Of a stretch of DNA of 64,000 nt, positions 14,905 through 24,194 are shown piece by piece. The stretch's first letter is position 1. Each line of letters begins with the position of its first letter. The notes beneath the pieces were generated by a model. The model searched no databases. It worked only from the letters and a program-made list of their open reading frames with translations, and was not told where the DNA came from. The DNA is from Gemmatimonadaceae bacterium (lineage in GTDB: Bacteria > Gemmatimonadota > Gemmatimonadetes > Gemmatimonadales > Gemmatimonadaceae), in the NCBI GenBank assembly GCA_017881465.1, contig JADGQV010000002.1, positions 6,257 to 70,256 on the forward strand, read 5' to 3'. Position numbers and translations under genes: made by a program.

Positions 14905-17154
14905 ATGCGCACGCTGCTCTCGTCGCTCCTGATTTCGGCAACCGGTTTCGTTCTCGCGCCATCCCCAGCCGACGTACCACTACGCGGATTCTTCCCGCAA
15001 TCCGTTCAGGCAGAACGTGATCTGGAAGCACGATTCAAGACGATGCCCGAGCCAGACCGCATGAGAGAATCCATGCGCCGCCTAAGCGCACGTCCGCACC
15101 ATGTCGGCTCCGCTTACGACAAGGACAACGCCGGGTGGATTCTCAACCAGTTCAAGTCTTACGGGTGGGACGCGCACATCGAGAACTTCGACGTTCTCTT
15201 TCCGACTCCCGTAGAGCGCGTGGTCGAGCTTGTGGCGCCGACGACCTTCAAGGCATCGCTCCAGGAGACGGCACTCCCCGAGGACCCAACATCAAGTCAG
15301 CAATCCGAGCAGTTGCCTTCATACAACGCCTATTCGATCGACGGCGACGTTACTGGCCCTCTCGTTTTCGTCAACTATGGAGTGCCCGCCGACTACGAGG
15401 AGCTGGAGCAGCGCGGCATTTCGGTCAAGGGCGCAATCGTGATCGCCAAATACGGCGGCTCGTGGCGCGGTATCAAACCCAAGGTGGCGGCCGAGCACGG
15501 GGCGATCGGATGCCTGATCTATTCAGATCCGAGAGATGATGGTTACGCCGGTGGCGACGTCTTCCCCAAAGGGCCGATGCGTCCGGCCCAGGGAGTTCAG
15601 CGCGGTTCCGTCGCGGATATGCCCGTCTATCCGGGCGATCCGCTGACGCCGGGAGTCGGTGCCACGAAGGATGCGAAGCGCCTCACCGTCGCGCAGGCTG
15701 CCACTATCACCAAGATTCCGGTGCTGCCGATTTCCTATGGCGACGCGCAGCCGCTGCTCACGGCACTCGGAGGTCCCATCGCTCCAGCTGCATGGCGCGG
15801 TGGGCTTCCCATCACTTATCGCCTTGGCGCGGGACCCGCGAAAGTTCATCTCCGCGTCAAATCTGACTGGAGCTTGAAGACGCTCTACGATGTAATCGCC
15901 AGACTTCCCGGCACCACCGAACCGGACCAGTGGATCGTTCGCGGCAACCACCATGATGCGTGGGTGAACGGCGCCGAGGATCCAATCTCGGGTCTCGTCG
16001 CCGAGCTCGAGGAAGCGCGCGCGTTGGGCGCGCTATACAAGCAGGGATGGCGGCCGAAGCGCACCATCATCTACGCCGCCTGGGATGGCGAAGAGCCCGG
16101 CCTGTTGGGTTCGACCGAGTGGGCGGAGACACACGCTGACGAGCTCAAGGCGCATGCGGTTGCCTATGTGAACAGCGATGGCAATGGCAGGGGATTCCTC
16201 GACGTCTCGGGATCACACTCGCTGGAGAAATTCATCAATGGCGTCGCGATGGATGTCGAAGATCCCGAATCAGGAGTGAGCGCGTGGAAGCGGGCGCAGG
16301 CAGCGAAGATCCTCACCGGATCCACGGATGTCCGCCGCGAAGCCCGCGATCGCGAAGACCTTCGGATCGGCGCTCTCGGATCAGGATCGGACTACTCGTC
16401 TTTCATCGATCACCTCGGCGTCGCTTCGCTCAACCTTGGATATGGCGGAGAGGATGAGGGCGGGATCTACCATTCGATCTACGATGACTTTTACTGGTAC
16501 ACGCATTTCAGCGACACGTCTTTTGTCTACGGTCGCGCACTTGCCCAGACCGCTGGCGTCGCGGTGCTGCGCCTTGCAAACGCGGATTTGCTTCCTTTCG
16601 CGTTCACGAATCTCGCGGAAACCATCCAGACATACGTCAAGGATCTCCAGTCTCTCCGCGACAGGCGCGCGGAGCAGATCACCGAACGCAACCGGCAAAT
16701 CGAGGATGGCCTATTCAAGGTCGCCAGCGACCCGCGCGATCCAGTGACTGCGCCGCAACGTCAGCAGGTCGCGCCACAGCTCAACTTCGCGCCTCTGCTC
16801 AACGCGCTCGATTCACTCAACCACTCCGCTTCCCGTTACGACAAAGCCTATACTCGCGCCGTGAGCGAAGGACGCACTGCTGCCGCGAAAAGCGTGAACG
16901 AGCGGCTAGTTCAGGCAGAGCGCGCTCTCACGTCGACGGAAGGCTTGAAGAACAGGCCATGGTATGTCCACATGCTTTACGCCCCCGGGTTTTACACGGG
17001 CTACGGCGTAAAGACGATACCCGGCGTCCGCGAAGCAATCGAGCAGGGTGAGTGGCAGGACGCGGATCGTGAGATTGCCCGCGTGGCTGCCGCGGTCGAG
17101 CGAGAGGCGTCGTTGATCGGCGGCCTCGCCACGACTCTAGCTGGCGGATCGTGA
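14905..17154 (+). CDS. M28-family peptidase, glutamate carboxypeptidase II (PSMA/NAALADase)-like, with PA and TfR-like dimerisation domains
   Basis: Signal peptide present. The family is indicated by a PA-domain region, the metal-site context HHDAWVNGAEDP..WDGEEPGLLGSTEW, and a C-terminal helical domain of about 750 aa overall. Confidence 0.85.
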   Translation: MRTLLSSLLISATGFVLAPSPADVPLRGFFPQSVQAERDLEARFKTMPEPDRMRESMRRLSARPHHVGSAYDKDNAGWILNQFKSYGWDAHIENFDVLFPTPVERVVELVAPTTFKASLQETALPEDPTSSQQSEQLPSYNAYSIDGDVTGPLVFVNYGVPADYEELEQRGISVKGAIVIAKYGGSWRGIKPKVAAEHGAIGCLIYSDPRDDGYAGGDVFPKGPMRPAQGVQRGSVADMPVYPGDPLTPGVGATKDAKRLTVAQAATITKIPVLPISYGDAQPLLTALGGPIAPAAWRGGLPITYRLGAGPAKVHLRVKSDWSLKTLYDVIARLPGTTEPDQWIVRGNHHDAWVNGAEDPISGLVAELEEARALGALYKQGWRPKRTIIYAAWDGEEPGLLGSTEWAETHADELKAHAVAYVNSDGNGRGFLDVSGSHSLEKFINGVAMDVEDPESGVSAWKRAQAAKILTGSTDVRREARDREDLRIGALGSGSDYSSFIDHLGVASLNLGYGGEDEGGIYHSIYDDFYWYTHFSDTSFVYGRALAQTAGVAVLRLANADLLPFAFTNLAETIQTYVKDLQSLRDRRAEQITERNRQIEDGLFKVASDPRDPVTAPQRQQVAPQLNFAPLLNALDSLNHSASRYDKAYTRAVSEGRTAAAKSVNERLVQAERALTSTEGLKNRPWYVHMLYAPGFYTGYGVKTIPGVREAIEQGEWQDADREIARVAAAVEREASLIGGLATTLAGGS

Positions 17155-17226
17155 TGGGACCGAAGGCTATGACTCTCCCAAGGCCTCGGTCAAGCCCTGG
17201 GCTCTCTCAATGACTGAAAGGGGCGT

Positions 17227-19539
17227 TCAGTACATCGCTTGGTAGTTCAACCGAAAGCCTCGGGCCGGTTGCGGGATAAAATCTTTGATCACAGAAAGAT
17301 TGTCCCGGTACACACGGTTGAACACGTTATCGCAATGGATGCTGATGTTATTTACGACGCGTTGCCGTGCAAAGCGCATCCCGACACCGAAATTGACTAC
17401 AGCATATCCTGGGGTCGGCGTGTCACCCTCGCCAAGCCGGGTTTGGCTTGCGGCAAGTCGCGTTTCAACCATGCCCATGTATGTCCTGTCCTGATAGGTC
17501 GCCCGCAATAGCCCTCTTAGCGGAGGCGTGAACGGCAGCGGGACATTCTGTCTTGTGTCCTCGGCGTTCACATAATCAGCGCCTGCCTTGAGCGCAAAAT
17601 ATTGGGCCGGCTGAACGGTGACGCTCGCGTCAAAGCCAAACAACCGCGCATTGGTAGCACCGAATTGCCGCACCGGAAAACCTTGAATGGTGTCGCCGCG
17701 CAAGAACCCGAAGATGTAGTTACGGATACTGTTTGCATAAGGCGAGATTTCAAAGGACGTGTTTGCGAAGTTGCCTTTGAGCGACACGTCCGCCCCAACT
17801 CCGGTTTCGGGTCCGAGCTCCGCGGTGCCAATAGTGTACGTCCCGCTCGCGGCATCCAGTCCGTTCGCAAACAATTCCTGAACTGTGGGCGCCCGAAATG
17901 ATCGGGCGAGACTAAATGATCCCGTCAGATGCGGCGCGAACTGCTGGATCGCACCAAGTGAGGCTGTCAGCGCGTTGGAAAGCCGCGAGACATCGAGTGT
18001 TTGGAAAACCGGATCGGTTGACTGCAGGTACGGACGCGTCTGAATCCTGTTGTAGTCGTACCGTAGACCGGCTTGCAGTCGAGTGTTGTCCGCCGCCGGA
18101 TATTCTTCGTATGCGTATCCGGCAAGCCCGCTGGTCAACGAGTTCGGGCCAAGCGGCTCGTCACCGTCTATCGTGAGGTCCTCGATGTTCGTCCACAACC
18201 CTAACGTGCCCTGGAGTTTCCCGAGCGGTTGGTGCTGGAGCTGCAGGACACCGTTGAACTGCCGCTTATGAAAATGATTGGCCTGAGAATCGGAAACGCC
18301 GCTTGCATCCTGGGCTGTTGGGAATTCCGAGTGACTGTAGTCGTTGTAGCTTGCGTTGAGCTTCACCCGGTTTACGAATGAGAATCCACCGTTGAAGAGG
18401 CTGCGGAGCTCGATCGTATTTCGACGCTGCGCGATGCGCGACGTAGTCGGGGGCACATTCACAAAATCCGGATTGGGCGGCACACCAGGTATGCCGTAGT
18501 TCGTCTCGAAGTGCTTGCCGCCAATCCCAATCATTCCGAAATCGCTCTGAAATGCGTAGCCGAGACCTGCCTCGCCGCTACGGTCGAACGTCTGTGGCAT
18601 CCGGTCCAGATTGAACACTGTACCAGTGCCGGGGTCGGTATAGTCCCCCGAGGGAATGCGGATATTGTGAGCCCTGACTCCCCCAGCCGAGACACGGAAC
18701 GCCTGATTGCCCTGGCTATAGACGTTGTTGACATAGCCTGCACCCTCAGTGCTCACCGTATTTCCTTCAACCGCGGCCGTGCCTGAAATGGGATGATCCG
18801 ACATGGATGGGACGATGTCGGTGATGACATTTACGACCCCGCCAATCGTGCTGGGGCCATAGAGGATGGTCGCGGGACCACGAACCACGTCGATCTGCGA
18901 AACCCCGATCGCTTCAATCGGCGTACCATGCGCGGGATCGAAAGTCGCCAGATCACCCATGCGAAGCCCGTTTTCGAGAACCAGCACCTCGTTGTCACCC
19001 AGGCCCCGGAGAATTGGTCGTGACGGAGCGGACCCGTTGCTGCGAACTGAGACGCCCGGAAGATCCGCGATCTTCTCCGCGAAACTCGTCCCTGAGCTGT
19101 TCTGGAATTCCACCAGCGACTTGGACGCGGTCGATTGATACTGCTCGTCGGAAGTCCGTGCGGTCGGCGATGCGGTGACCACGACCCTTTTGAGTTGAAT
19201 CGCAGATTCCCTGAGTTCAACCGATATCCTCGCAATATCGCCCATCACCCTGACAGTGTCGGTCACCGATGCGTACCCGGTGACACCGACATATACTCTG
19301 TAAATCCCCTTGGGAACATTGAAGAAAGCGAACTGCCCTTGCGCACCCGTATGTTCGATGCGATCAAGCTCGAGGAGTCGCACCGTCACGCCAACTATGG
19401 GGCTCCCCGCGGTCTGAACCGTTCCAGTAACCGTTTGTGCTCGAAGTGTGGCTGGCCACAACAGCAGCGAGCTGAGCATGATACGGGTCGCGATCGAAAT
19501 GCCTAGAATCGCGCTCGTGCGAACCGCTCGTGCGGACAT
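17227..19539 (-). CDS. TonB-dependent receptor with N-terminal carboxypeptidase-regulatory-like domain
   Basis: Signal peptide, a CarboxypepD_reg-like segment (VTGTVQTAGSPIVGVTVRL..GQFAFFNVPKGIY), a plug (VVVTASP..IDVVRGPATILYG), and a long beta-barrel with a terminal aromatic residue. Confidence 0.9.
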   Translation of the reverse strand: MSARAVRTSAILGISIATRIMLSSLLLWPATLRAQTVTGTVQTAGSPIVGVTVRLLELDRIEHTGAQGQFAFFNVPKGIYRVYVGVTGYASVTDTVRVMGDIARISVELRESAIQLKRVVVTASPTARTSDEQYQSTASKSLVEFQNSSGTSFAEKIADLPGVSVRSNGSAPSRPILRGLGDNEVLVLENGLRMGDLATFDPAHGTPIEAIGVSQIDVVRGPATILYGPSTIGGVVNVITDIVPSMSDHPISGTAAVEGNTVSTEGAGYVNNVYSQGNQAFRVSAGGVRAHNIRIPSGDYTDPGTGTVFNLDRMPQTFDRSGEAGLGYAFQSDFGMIGIGGKHFETNYGIPGVPPNPDFVNVPPTTSRIAQRRNTIELRSLFNGGFSFVNRVKLNASYNDYSHSEFPTAQDASGVSDSQANHFHKRQFNGVLQLQHQPLGKLQGTLGLWTNIEDLTIDGDEPLGPNSLTSGLAGYAYEEYPAADNTRLQAGLRYDYNRIQTRPYLQSTDPVFQTLDVSRLSNALTASLGAIQQFAPHLTGSFSLARSFRAPTVQELFANGLDAASGTYTIGTAELGPETGVGADVSLKGNFANTSFEISPYANSIRNYIFGFLRGDTIQGFPVRQFGATNARLFGFDASVTVQPAQYFALKAGADYVNAEDTRQNVPLPFTPPLRGLLRATYQDRTYMGMVETRLAASQTRLGEGDTPTPGYAVVNFGVGMRFARQRVVNNISIHCDNVFNRVYRDNLSVIKDFIPQPARGFRLNYQAMY

Positions 19540-19640
19540 TTCGGCCTCGTTCTGTAGGTTTTACGGCGGAGGCGTCGGACGTTAGGTATGCTGGAGCGAA
19601 TTCGTGAAGATCTCCGCGCACAGCGGTCAAACATCGCCAA

Positions 19641-19713
<73 letters not shown>

Positions 19714-19782
19714 GAACCGGACTCAACGTCCGGATGGAACAATTAAAACGCCTCTGTGCTCGTTATCAACCAGTGGCGCGAC

Positions 19783-20187
19783 CTACTTTGACGATGGCGC
19801 CTTGCCGTGAGTTGCGGTGATGATCGACTTCACGCCGCCACGGACGTTGAAGTCACCAACGACACGCATCCACCTGGGTGACGAGCTGGCAACGAGATCA
19901 TCGAGAATCCGGTTCACCGCCCGCTCGTAGAAGATTCCATCGTTTCTGTAGCTCCACAGATAGACCTTGAGGCTCTTCAGCTCGATGCACTTCGATGCTG
20001 GAACGTACGTGATGCGAATCGTTCCGAAATCGGGCGCTCCTCCCGTGAGCAGTGCCAGCTCCTCGGCATCGCTCTCAATGCCGCCGAGTGGGCAAAGAGA
20101 TGTGAACTCCGAACAGTCCATGTGGATCTCGTAGTCACGGCCGGAGTAAGGATTTTCGAACGTCTCGAGGAGCTCTGGCTTTGGCAT
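19783..20187 (-). CDS. queF: NADPH-dependent 7-cyano-7-deazaguanine (preQ0) reductase, type I
   Basis: EFTSLCP (catalytic Cys), PDFGTI and the QueF motif ELKSLKVYLWSYRN. Confidence 0.85.
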   Translation of the reverse strand: MPKPELLETFENPYSGRDYEIHMDCSEFTSLCPLGGIESDAEELALLTGGAPDFGTIRITYVPASKCIELKSLKVYLWSYRNDGIFYERAVNRILDDLVASSSPRWMRVVGDFNVRGGVKSIITATHGKAPSSK

Positions 20188-20232
20188 CCTCGAACGATGC
20201 ACACATGATCGCCGCGGATCAATCCGCGCGCA

Positions 20233-21132
20233 TCATTCGTCGCGCAGTTTTTGCGACATCTCTTCGAGCAATCGCCGCTCGTCTCTCGTCAGGCTTTCGA
20301 TCCCCTCTTGCGAGATCTTGTCGAGCACGCGATTCACCCTCGCCGCGTACTCTTTCGGTGTTTCCTGTCGCGGCACGTGCTGAAGCGGCTTGCTCTCGCG
20401 AAGAATGACGGCGTTGCTGCGCGCGACCACTTCGTCCGCACCGCCTGCACGATCGCGCATTGGCGGTCTGCCGCGTGGAACGGCGCGCGGCATGTCCTCT
20501 GATTCATCCGGCACCGTGGACACCCAGCCCCTTACCCGATTGATTCCACCCATCGAGTAGACCTTGAGGAAGATCCACCCGAACGCCATTCCGCCAAGGT
20601 GGGCCGTCCAGTCGATCCGCGAGCCCGGCGACAGGGCGAAGATGATGTTCATTGCGAGCATCGCCACGATGAGCCAGCGGGATCTCATTGGAATGACGCC
20701 GAAAAGATAGACCTCTTCGTCAGGCCACCGGAGCGCGTATGCGACGAGCACTCCGCTGATCGCGCCTGAGGCTCCGATGACTGCTGAATGCTGCGCAAAG
20801 ACGAGGTGCGCGATCGCTCCACCCACGCCGCACCAGAGATAGAACCAGACGAACGTGCGGGTTCCCCATTCGTGTTCCAGTCGGGGGCCGAACATCCAGA
20901 GCGTGAACATGTTGAACGCGAGGTGCGCGAGCCACGCGTGCACAAACATGTACGTCGCTACGGTCCACCAGTCGGCGGGGAAGCGGGCCGGATCGAGCGC
21001 GAGCGCCGAATACACCGCATCCGGCCCAAACAGTGTCAGCTGTAGGAAATATATGCCGATGTTCAGGGCCAACAGCCACTGAACAGCGCGCGTCATGCGC
21101 GGAGATTCGGGTGAGTCGTACAGCTCGCTCAT
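20233..21132 (-). CDS. Rhomboid-family intramembrane serine protease with cytoplasmic C-terminal tail
   Basis: Multiple TM segments. GASGAISGV (GxSG serine) and AHLGGMAFG (His) motifs. Confidence 0.85.
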   Translation of the reverse strand: MSELYDSPESPRMTRAVQWLLALNIGIYFLQLTLFGPDAVYSALALDPARFPADWWTVATYMFVHAWLAHLAFNMFTLWMFGPRLEHEWGTRTFVWFYLWCGVGGAIAHLVFAQHSAVIGASGAISGVLVAYALRWPDEEVYLFGVIPMRSRWLIVAMLAMNIIFALSPGSRIDWTAHLGGMAFGWIFLKVYSMGGINRVRGWVSTVPDESEDMPRAVPRGRPPMRDRAGGADEVVARSNAVILRESKPLQHVPRQETPKEYAARVNRVLDKISQEGIESLTRDERRLLEEMSQKLRDE

Positions 21133-21200
21133 GCAGACCTGCGACTAAGAGACTTACATCCTAAGACCCAGGGCGCCACGAAGGGTTCCTCCCGCGGAAC

Positions 21201-22199
21201 CTATTCGAGAGCGAGTCTCACGATCCGCTCACACAGCTCGGGGAAGCTGATTCCCATTGCCGCCGCCCCCTGAGGTATCAGACTGAACTCGGTCATCCCG
21301 GGCAACGTGTTTGCCTCGAGACAGTAAAACTCGCCCTCGGTGGTGAGCCTGAAATCTATGCGGGCGTATCCCCGAAGCTTGAGCGACCGAAATGCCGACA
21401 GCGCTTGCTGCTGAACCTTTTCCGTCGCCTCACGCGATAGCTTCGCCGGGAATTCCTCCACCGCCATGCCCGGGGTGTACTTGCACTCGTAGTCGTAGAT
21501 CTCGTGCTTGGGAATGATCTCTCCAACCGGCAGCGCTACGTCACCGAGTACCCCGACTGTCAGCTCGCGTCCCGGGACGAATCGCTCGATCATTACTTCG
21601 TCATCGTACTTGCTCGCTTCCTCGATAGCGGCGGCGAGGTCTCCCCGTTTTTTCACCACTGAAAGACCTACCGTGGAGCCCTCCTTCGACGGTTTGACCA
21701 CCACCGGAAGCCCCAGCATTCCTTCAACCTGCTCGATCGTCACCGGCGCCATCAGCCAGTCGGCGGTTTTTACCTCCTCCGCGCGGAAGAGTTTTTTCGA
21801 TAGATCTTTGTCCATGGCCAGCGCACTCGCGAGATGTCCGCTTCCCGTGTACTTCACGTGCGCCATGTCCAGCAGGGCTTGAATGGTTCCATCCTCTCCC
21901 TGGCCACCGTGGAGAGCCAGGAACGCGACATCTGCATCCTTCACTTCCTTCATCGAAGTGAGATTCGGCAGAAATGCTCCCTCCGCCACTTTCGACAGCG
22001 CCTCCAGCGACGGCGGCTCGGTTCCAACCTTCCCCGTGTTCAGCTCACGCTCTTCGCTGGCGCTGATCACCCCGCGCGCCGGATCGAGAGCTGTCACCTG
22101 GTGCCCGCGTTCCCGCAATGCCTGCACGATTCGGATTCCCGACGCGAGCGAGACGTTGCGCTCGGAGGACGTTCCGCCCATGAGTACCGTAATCTTCAT
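21201..22199 (-). CDS. ddl: D-alanine--D-alanine ligase
   Basis: MKITVLMGGTSSERNVSLASG N-terminus, ATP-grasp body and C-terminal EANTLPGMT. Confidence 0.92.
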   Translation of the reverse strand: MKITVLMGGTSSERNVSLASGIRIVQALRERGHQVTALDPARGVISASEERELNTGKVGTEPPSLEALSKVAEGAFLPNLTSMKEVKDADVAFLALHGGQGEDGTIQALLDMAHVKYTGSGHLASALAMDKDLSKKLFRAEEVKTADWLMAPVTIEQVEGMLGLPVVVKPSKEGSTVGLSVVKKRGDLAAAIEEASKYDDEVMIERFVPGRELTVGVLGDVALPVGEIIPKHEIYDYECKYTPGMAVEEFPAKLSREATEKVQQQALSAFRSLKLRGYARIDFRLTTEGEFYCLEANTLPGMTEFSLIPQGAAAMGISFPELCERIVRLALE

Positions 22200-22218
22200 T
22201 CGACCGAATTTCCTTGGG

Positions 22219-23613
22219 TTAGCGAGACATCATGTAATGCAGCATGTCGGATCGCGTGACGATTCCCTGGACGACCCCATGCTCCTGCACGAGAACCGCG
22301 GGATTCGCCTTTGACAACAGCTTCACCACGCTGTCTACCGGCTGATCCGACGCCACCATCGGGAACGGCGAATCCATGATCTCGCTGACGGTCGTATCGA
22401 GCAGCTTCGGATTCTCCAGACTCTTCTGGGAAACCGACCAGTCGCTCACCGATCCGACGCAGTTCGCGCCATCCATGACGGGAAGCTGTGAGACATCGTG
22501 CAGACTCATGAGGCCGATTGCCTGCCGGACGGTCGCACCCGGTGCGACGCTCACTACCGTGGGCGCAACGCCATTCTTTCTGCCGAGCAAGCTGTGGAGT
22601 GCAACCTTGGGCACGTCGAGCATCTGGTTCTCGCGCATCCATTCGTCGCTGTAAAGCTTGGAGAGATAACGCTCACCAGTGTCGCACAGGACCGTCACCA
22701 CCATTGCGTTTGGATCGTCGATCTCACGCGCTATCTTGAGCGCCACCGACGTGATGAGTCCGGATGATCCGCCGACGAACAAGCCCTCCTCGCGCGTGAG
22801 ACGCCTTGCCATCGCGAAGGATTCCTTGTCGCTCACGGTGTAGTACTCGTCGATCAAGCTCATGTCGAGCGTGCCGGGAAGCTTGTCCTGCCCGATTCCT
22901 TCGATCTTGTACGGCGTTCCCTCGATTTTGTTTTTTCCTTTGCTCCGCCAGTACTCGGCCAGTATCGAGCCGGCAGGGTCACCCGCGATCACCCTTACCT
23001 TCTTGCTTCGCTCCTTTAGGTAGCGGCCGACGCCAGTGAGCGTCCCGCCTGTGCCTGCCGCCGCCACGAAGTGCGTGATCTTGCCACCGGTCTGCTGCCA
23101 CAGTTCGGGGCCTGTCGTCGCATAATGAGCTTCGGGGTTCGCATCGTTGTAGAACTGATCGGCGAAGATAGCGTTCGGGGTTTCCTGCGCGATCCGCTTT
23201 GCCATCATCACGTAATTGTCGGGATGATCCGGCGGAACTGCCGTCGGCGTCACGATGACTTCCGCGCCGAATGCCTTGAGTAAGCGGACTTTTTCCTGAG
23301 ACATCTTATCCGGCATCGTGAAGATGCATTTATATCCGCGGAGCGCTGCCGCGATCGCGAGGCCGACACCTGTGTTCCCGCTCGTGCCTTCGACTATCGT
23401 CCCGCCCGGTTTCAGCTTGCCTTCTTTCTCCGCCCGCTCGATGATCGGAAGGCCGATTCGATCCTTCACCGAGCCGCCCGGATTGAAGAATTCCGCCTTC
23501 GCATAAACCGGAGTACGGATTCCGCGCGTCACCTGGTTCAGCCTGATCAGCGGCGTCCAGCCGATCGTCTCGAGGACGTTGTCGTAGGGCTGGCGGTTGC
23601 GTTCGTGCTTCAT
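22219..23613 (-). CDS. Cystathionine beta-synthase-type PLP enzyme (CysK fold plus tandem CBS domains)
   Basis: GGSVKDRIG (PLP lysine), GTSGNTG, GTGGT and a C-terminal CBS pair of about 130 aa. Confidence 0.88.
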   Translation of the reverse strand: MKHERNRQPYDNVLETIGWTPLIRLNQVTRGIRTPVYAKAEFFNPGGSVKDRIGLPIIERAEKEGKLKPGGTIVEGTSGNTGVGLAIAAALRGYKCIFTMPDKMSQEKVRLLKAFGAEVIVTPTAVPPDHPDNYVMMAKRIAQETPNAIFADQFYNDANPEAHYATTGPELWQQTGGKITHFVAAAGTGGTLTGVGRYLKERSKKVRVIAGDPAGSILAEYWRSKGKNKIEGTPYKIEGIGQDKLPGTLDMSLIDEYYTVSDKESFAMARRLTREEGLFVGGSSGLITSVALKIAREIDDPNAMVVTVLCDTGERYLSKLYSDEWMRENQMLDVPKVALHSLLGRKNGVAPTVVSVAPGATVRQAIGLMSLHDVSQLPVMDGANCVGSVSDWSVSQKSLENPKLLDTTVSEIMDSPFPMVASDQPVDSVVKLLSKANPAVLVQEHGVVQGIVTRSDMLHYMMSR

Positions 23614-24194
23614 TAACGAGTCGCTCCGCGCTTTGTCGTCGCTTTCCGCACCGGCGGTTTCATGGCCGTCTTGGTTGTGGAAGCCTTGGCCGTGTCCGCC
23701 TTCGCTGTATCGGTCGGCTTGACGGTGCTGCTCGAGATCGAGGAATCGCGCGGGATGATTGAATCACCAGCGAGCGGTGGCGCGTCGGGGTGCCTGAAGA
23801 ACACCGGCAAAAGAATGGATACCGGCACCGGTTGACCCTGAGTCTTGGCGGGCTCGAACTTCAGGTCGCGCGAGCCCTTCATCGCCGCGGAATCCAGCGC
23901 GGTGAATCCGGAAGTCTCCGCGATGCGGGTCGAGTCGGGTACTATCGCTCCCTCTCGGTCGATGAAAATACGGAGCGTGACATTGCCCTGAACTTTCTGC
24001 GCATACAGCGCTGGCGGATAGCGGAAAGGCAGCTCCTTGTTGAGCATCACCGGAGCGACGTCCGGCTGCCTGCCAACTGTCTGAAATGGCAGACCTGACC
24101 CGTCTCCGTTTTTGCACCCAGCGGCGATTGTCAGCGCCACTAGCGCTATCGAGCTCAGTCTTGCGTGCAAGCTCAAGTTGATCCTCCCTCTCAC
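23613..24194 (-). CDS. TonB C-terminal-domain lipoprotein
   Basis: LTIAAGC lipobox-like signal. TonB_C-like segment YPPALYAQKVQGNVTLRIFIDREGAI...SGFTALDSAA. Low-complexity basic tail. The GTG start overlaps the mutS stop (GTGA). Confidence 0.7.
   Translation of the reverse strand: MRGRINLSLHARLSSIALVALTIAAGCKNGDGSGLPFQTVGRQPDVAPVMLNKELPFRYPPALYAQKVQGNVTLRIFIDREGAIVPDSTRIAETSGFTALDSAAMKGSRDLKFEPAKTQGQPVPVSILLPVFFRHPDAPPLAGDSIIPRDSSISSSTVKPTDTAKADTAKASTTKTAMKPPVRKATTKRGATR

Noticed and set aside
21851-21864. parS-like half-matches (TTCACGTG at 21853-21860 inside ddl, and TCTCACGTGC at 62665-62674 inside nif3).
   Set aside because: Each matches only the central CACGTG plus one or two flanking bases of TGTTNCACGTGAAACA. 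I found no full parS in the window.
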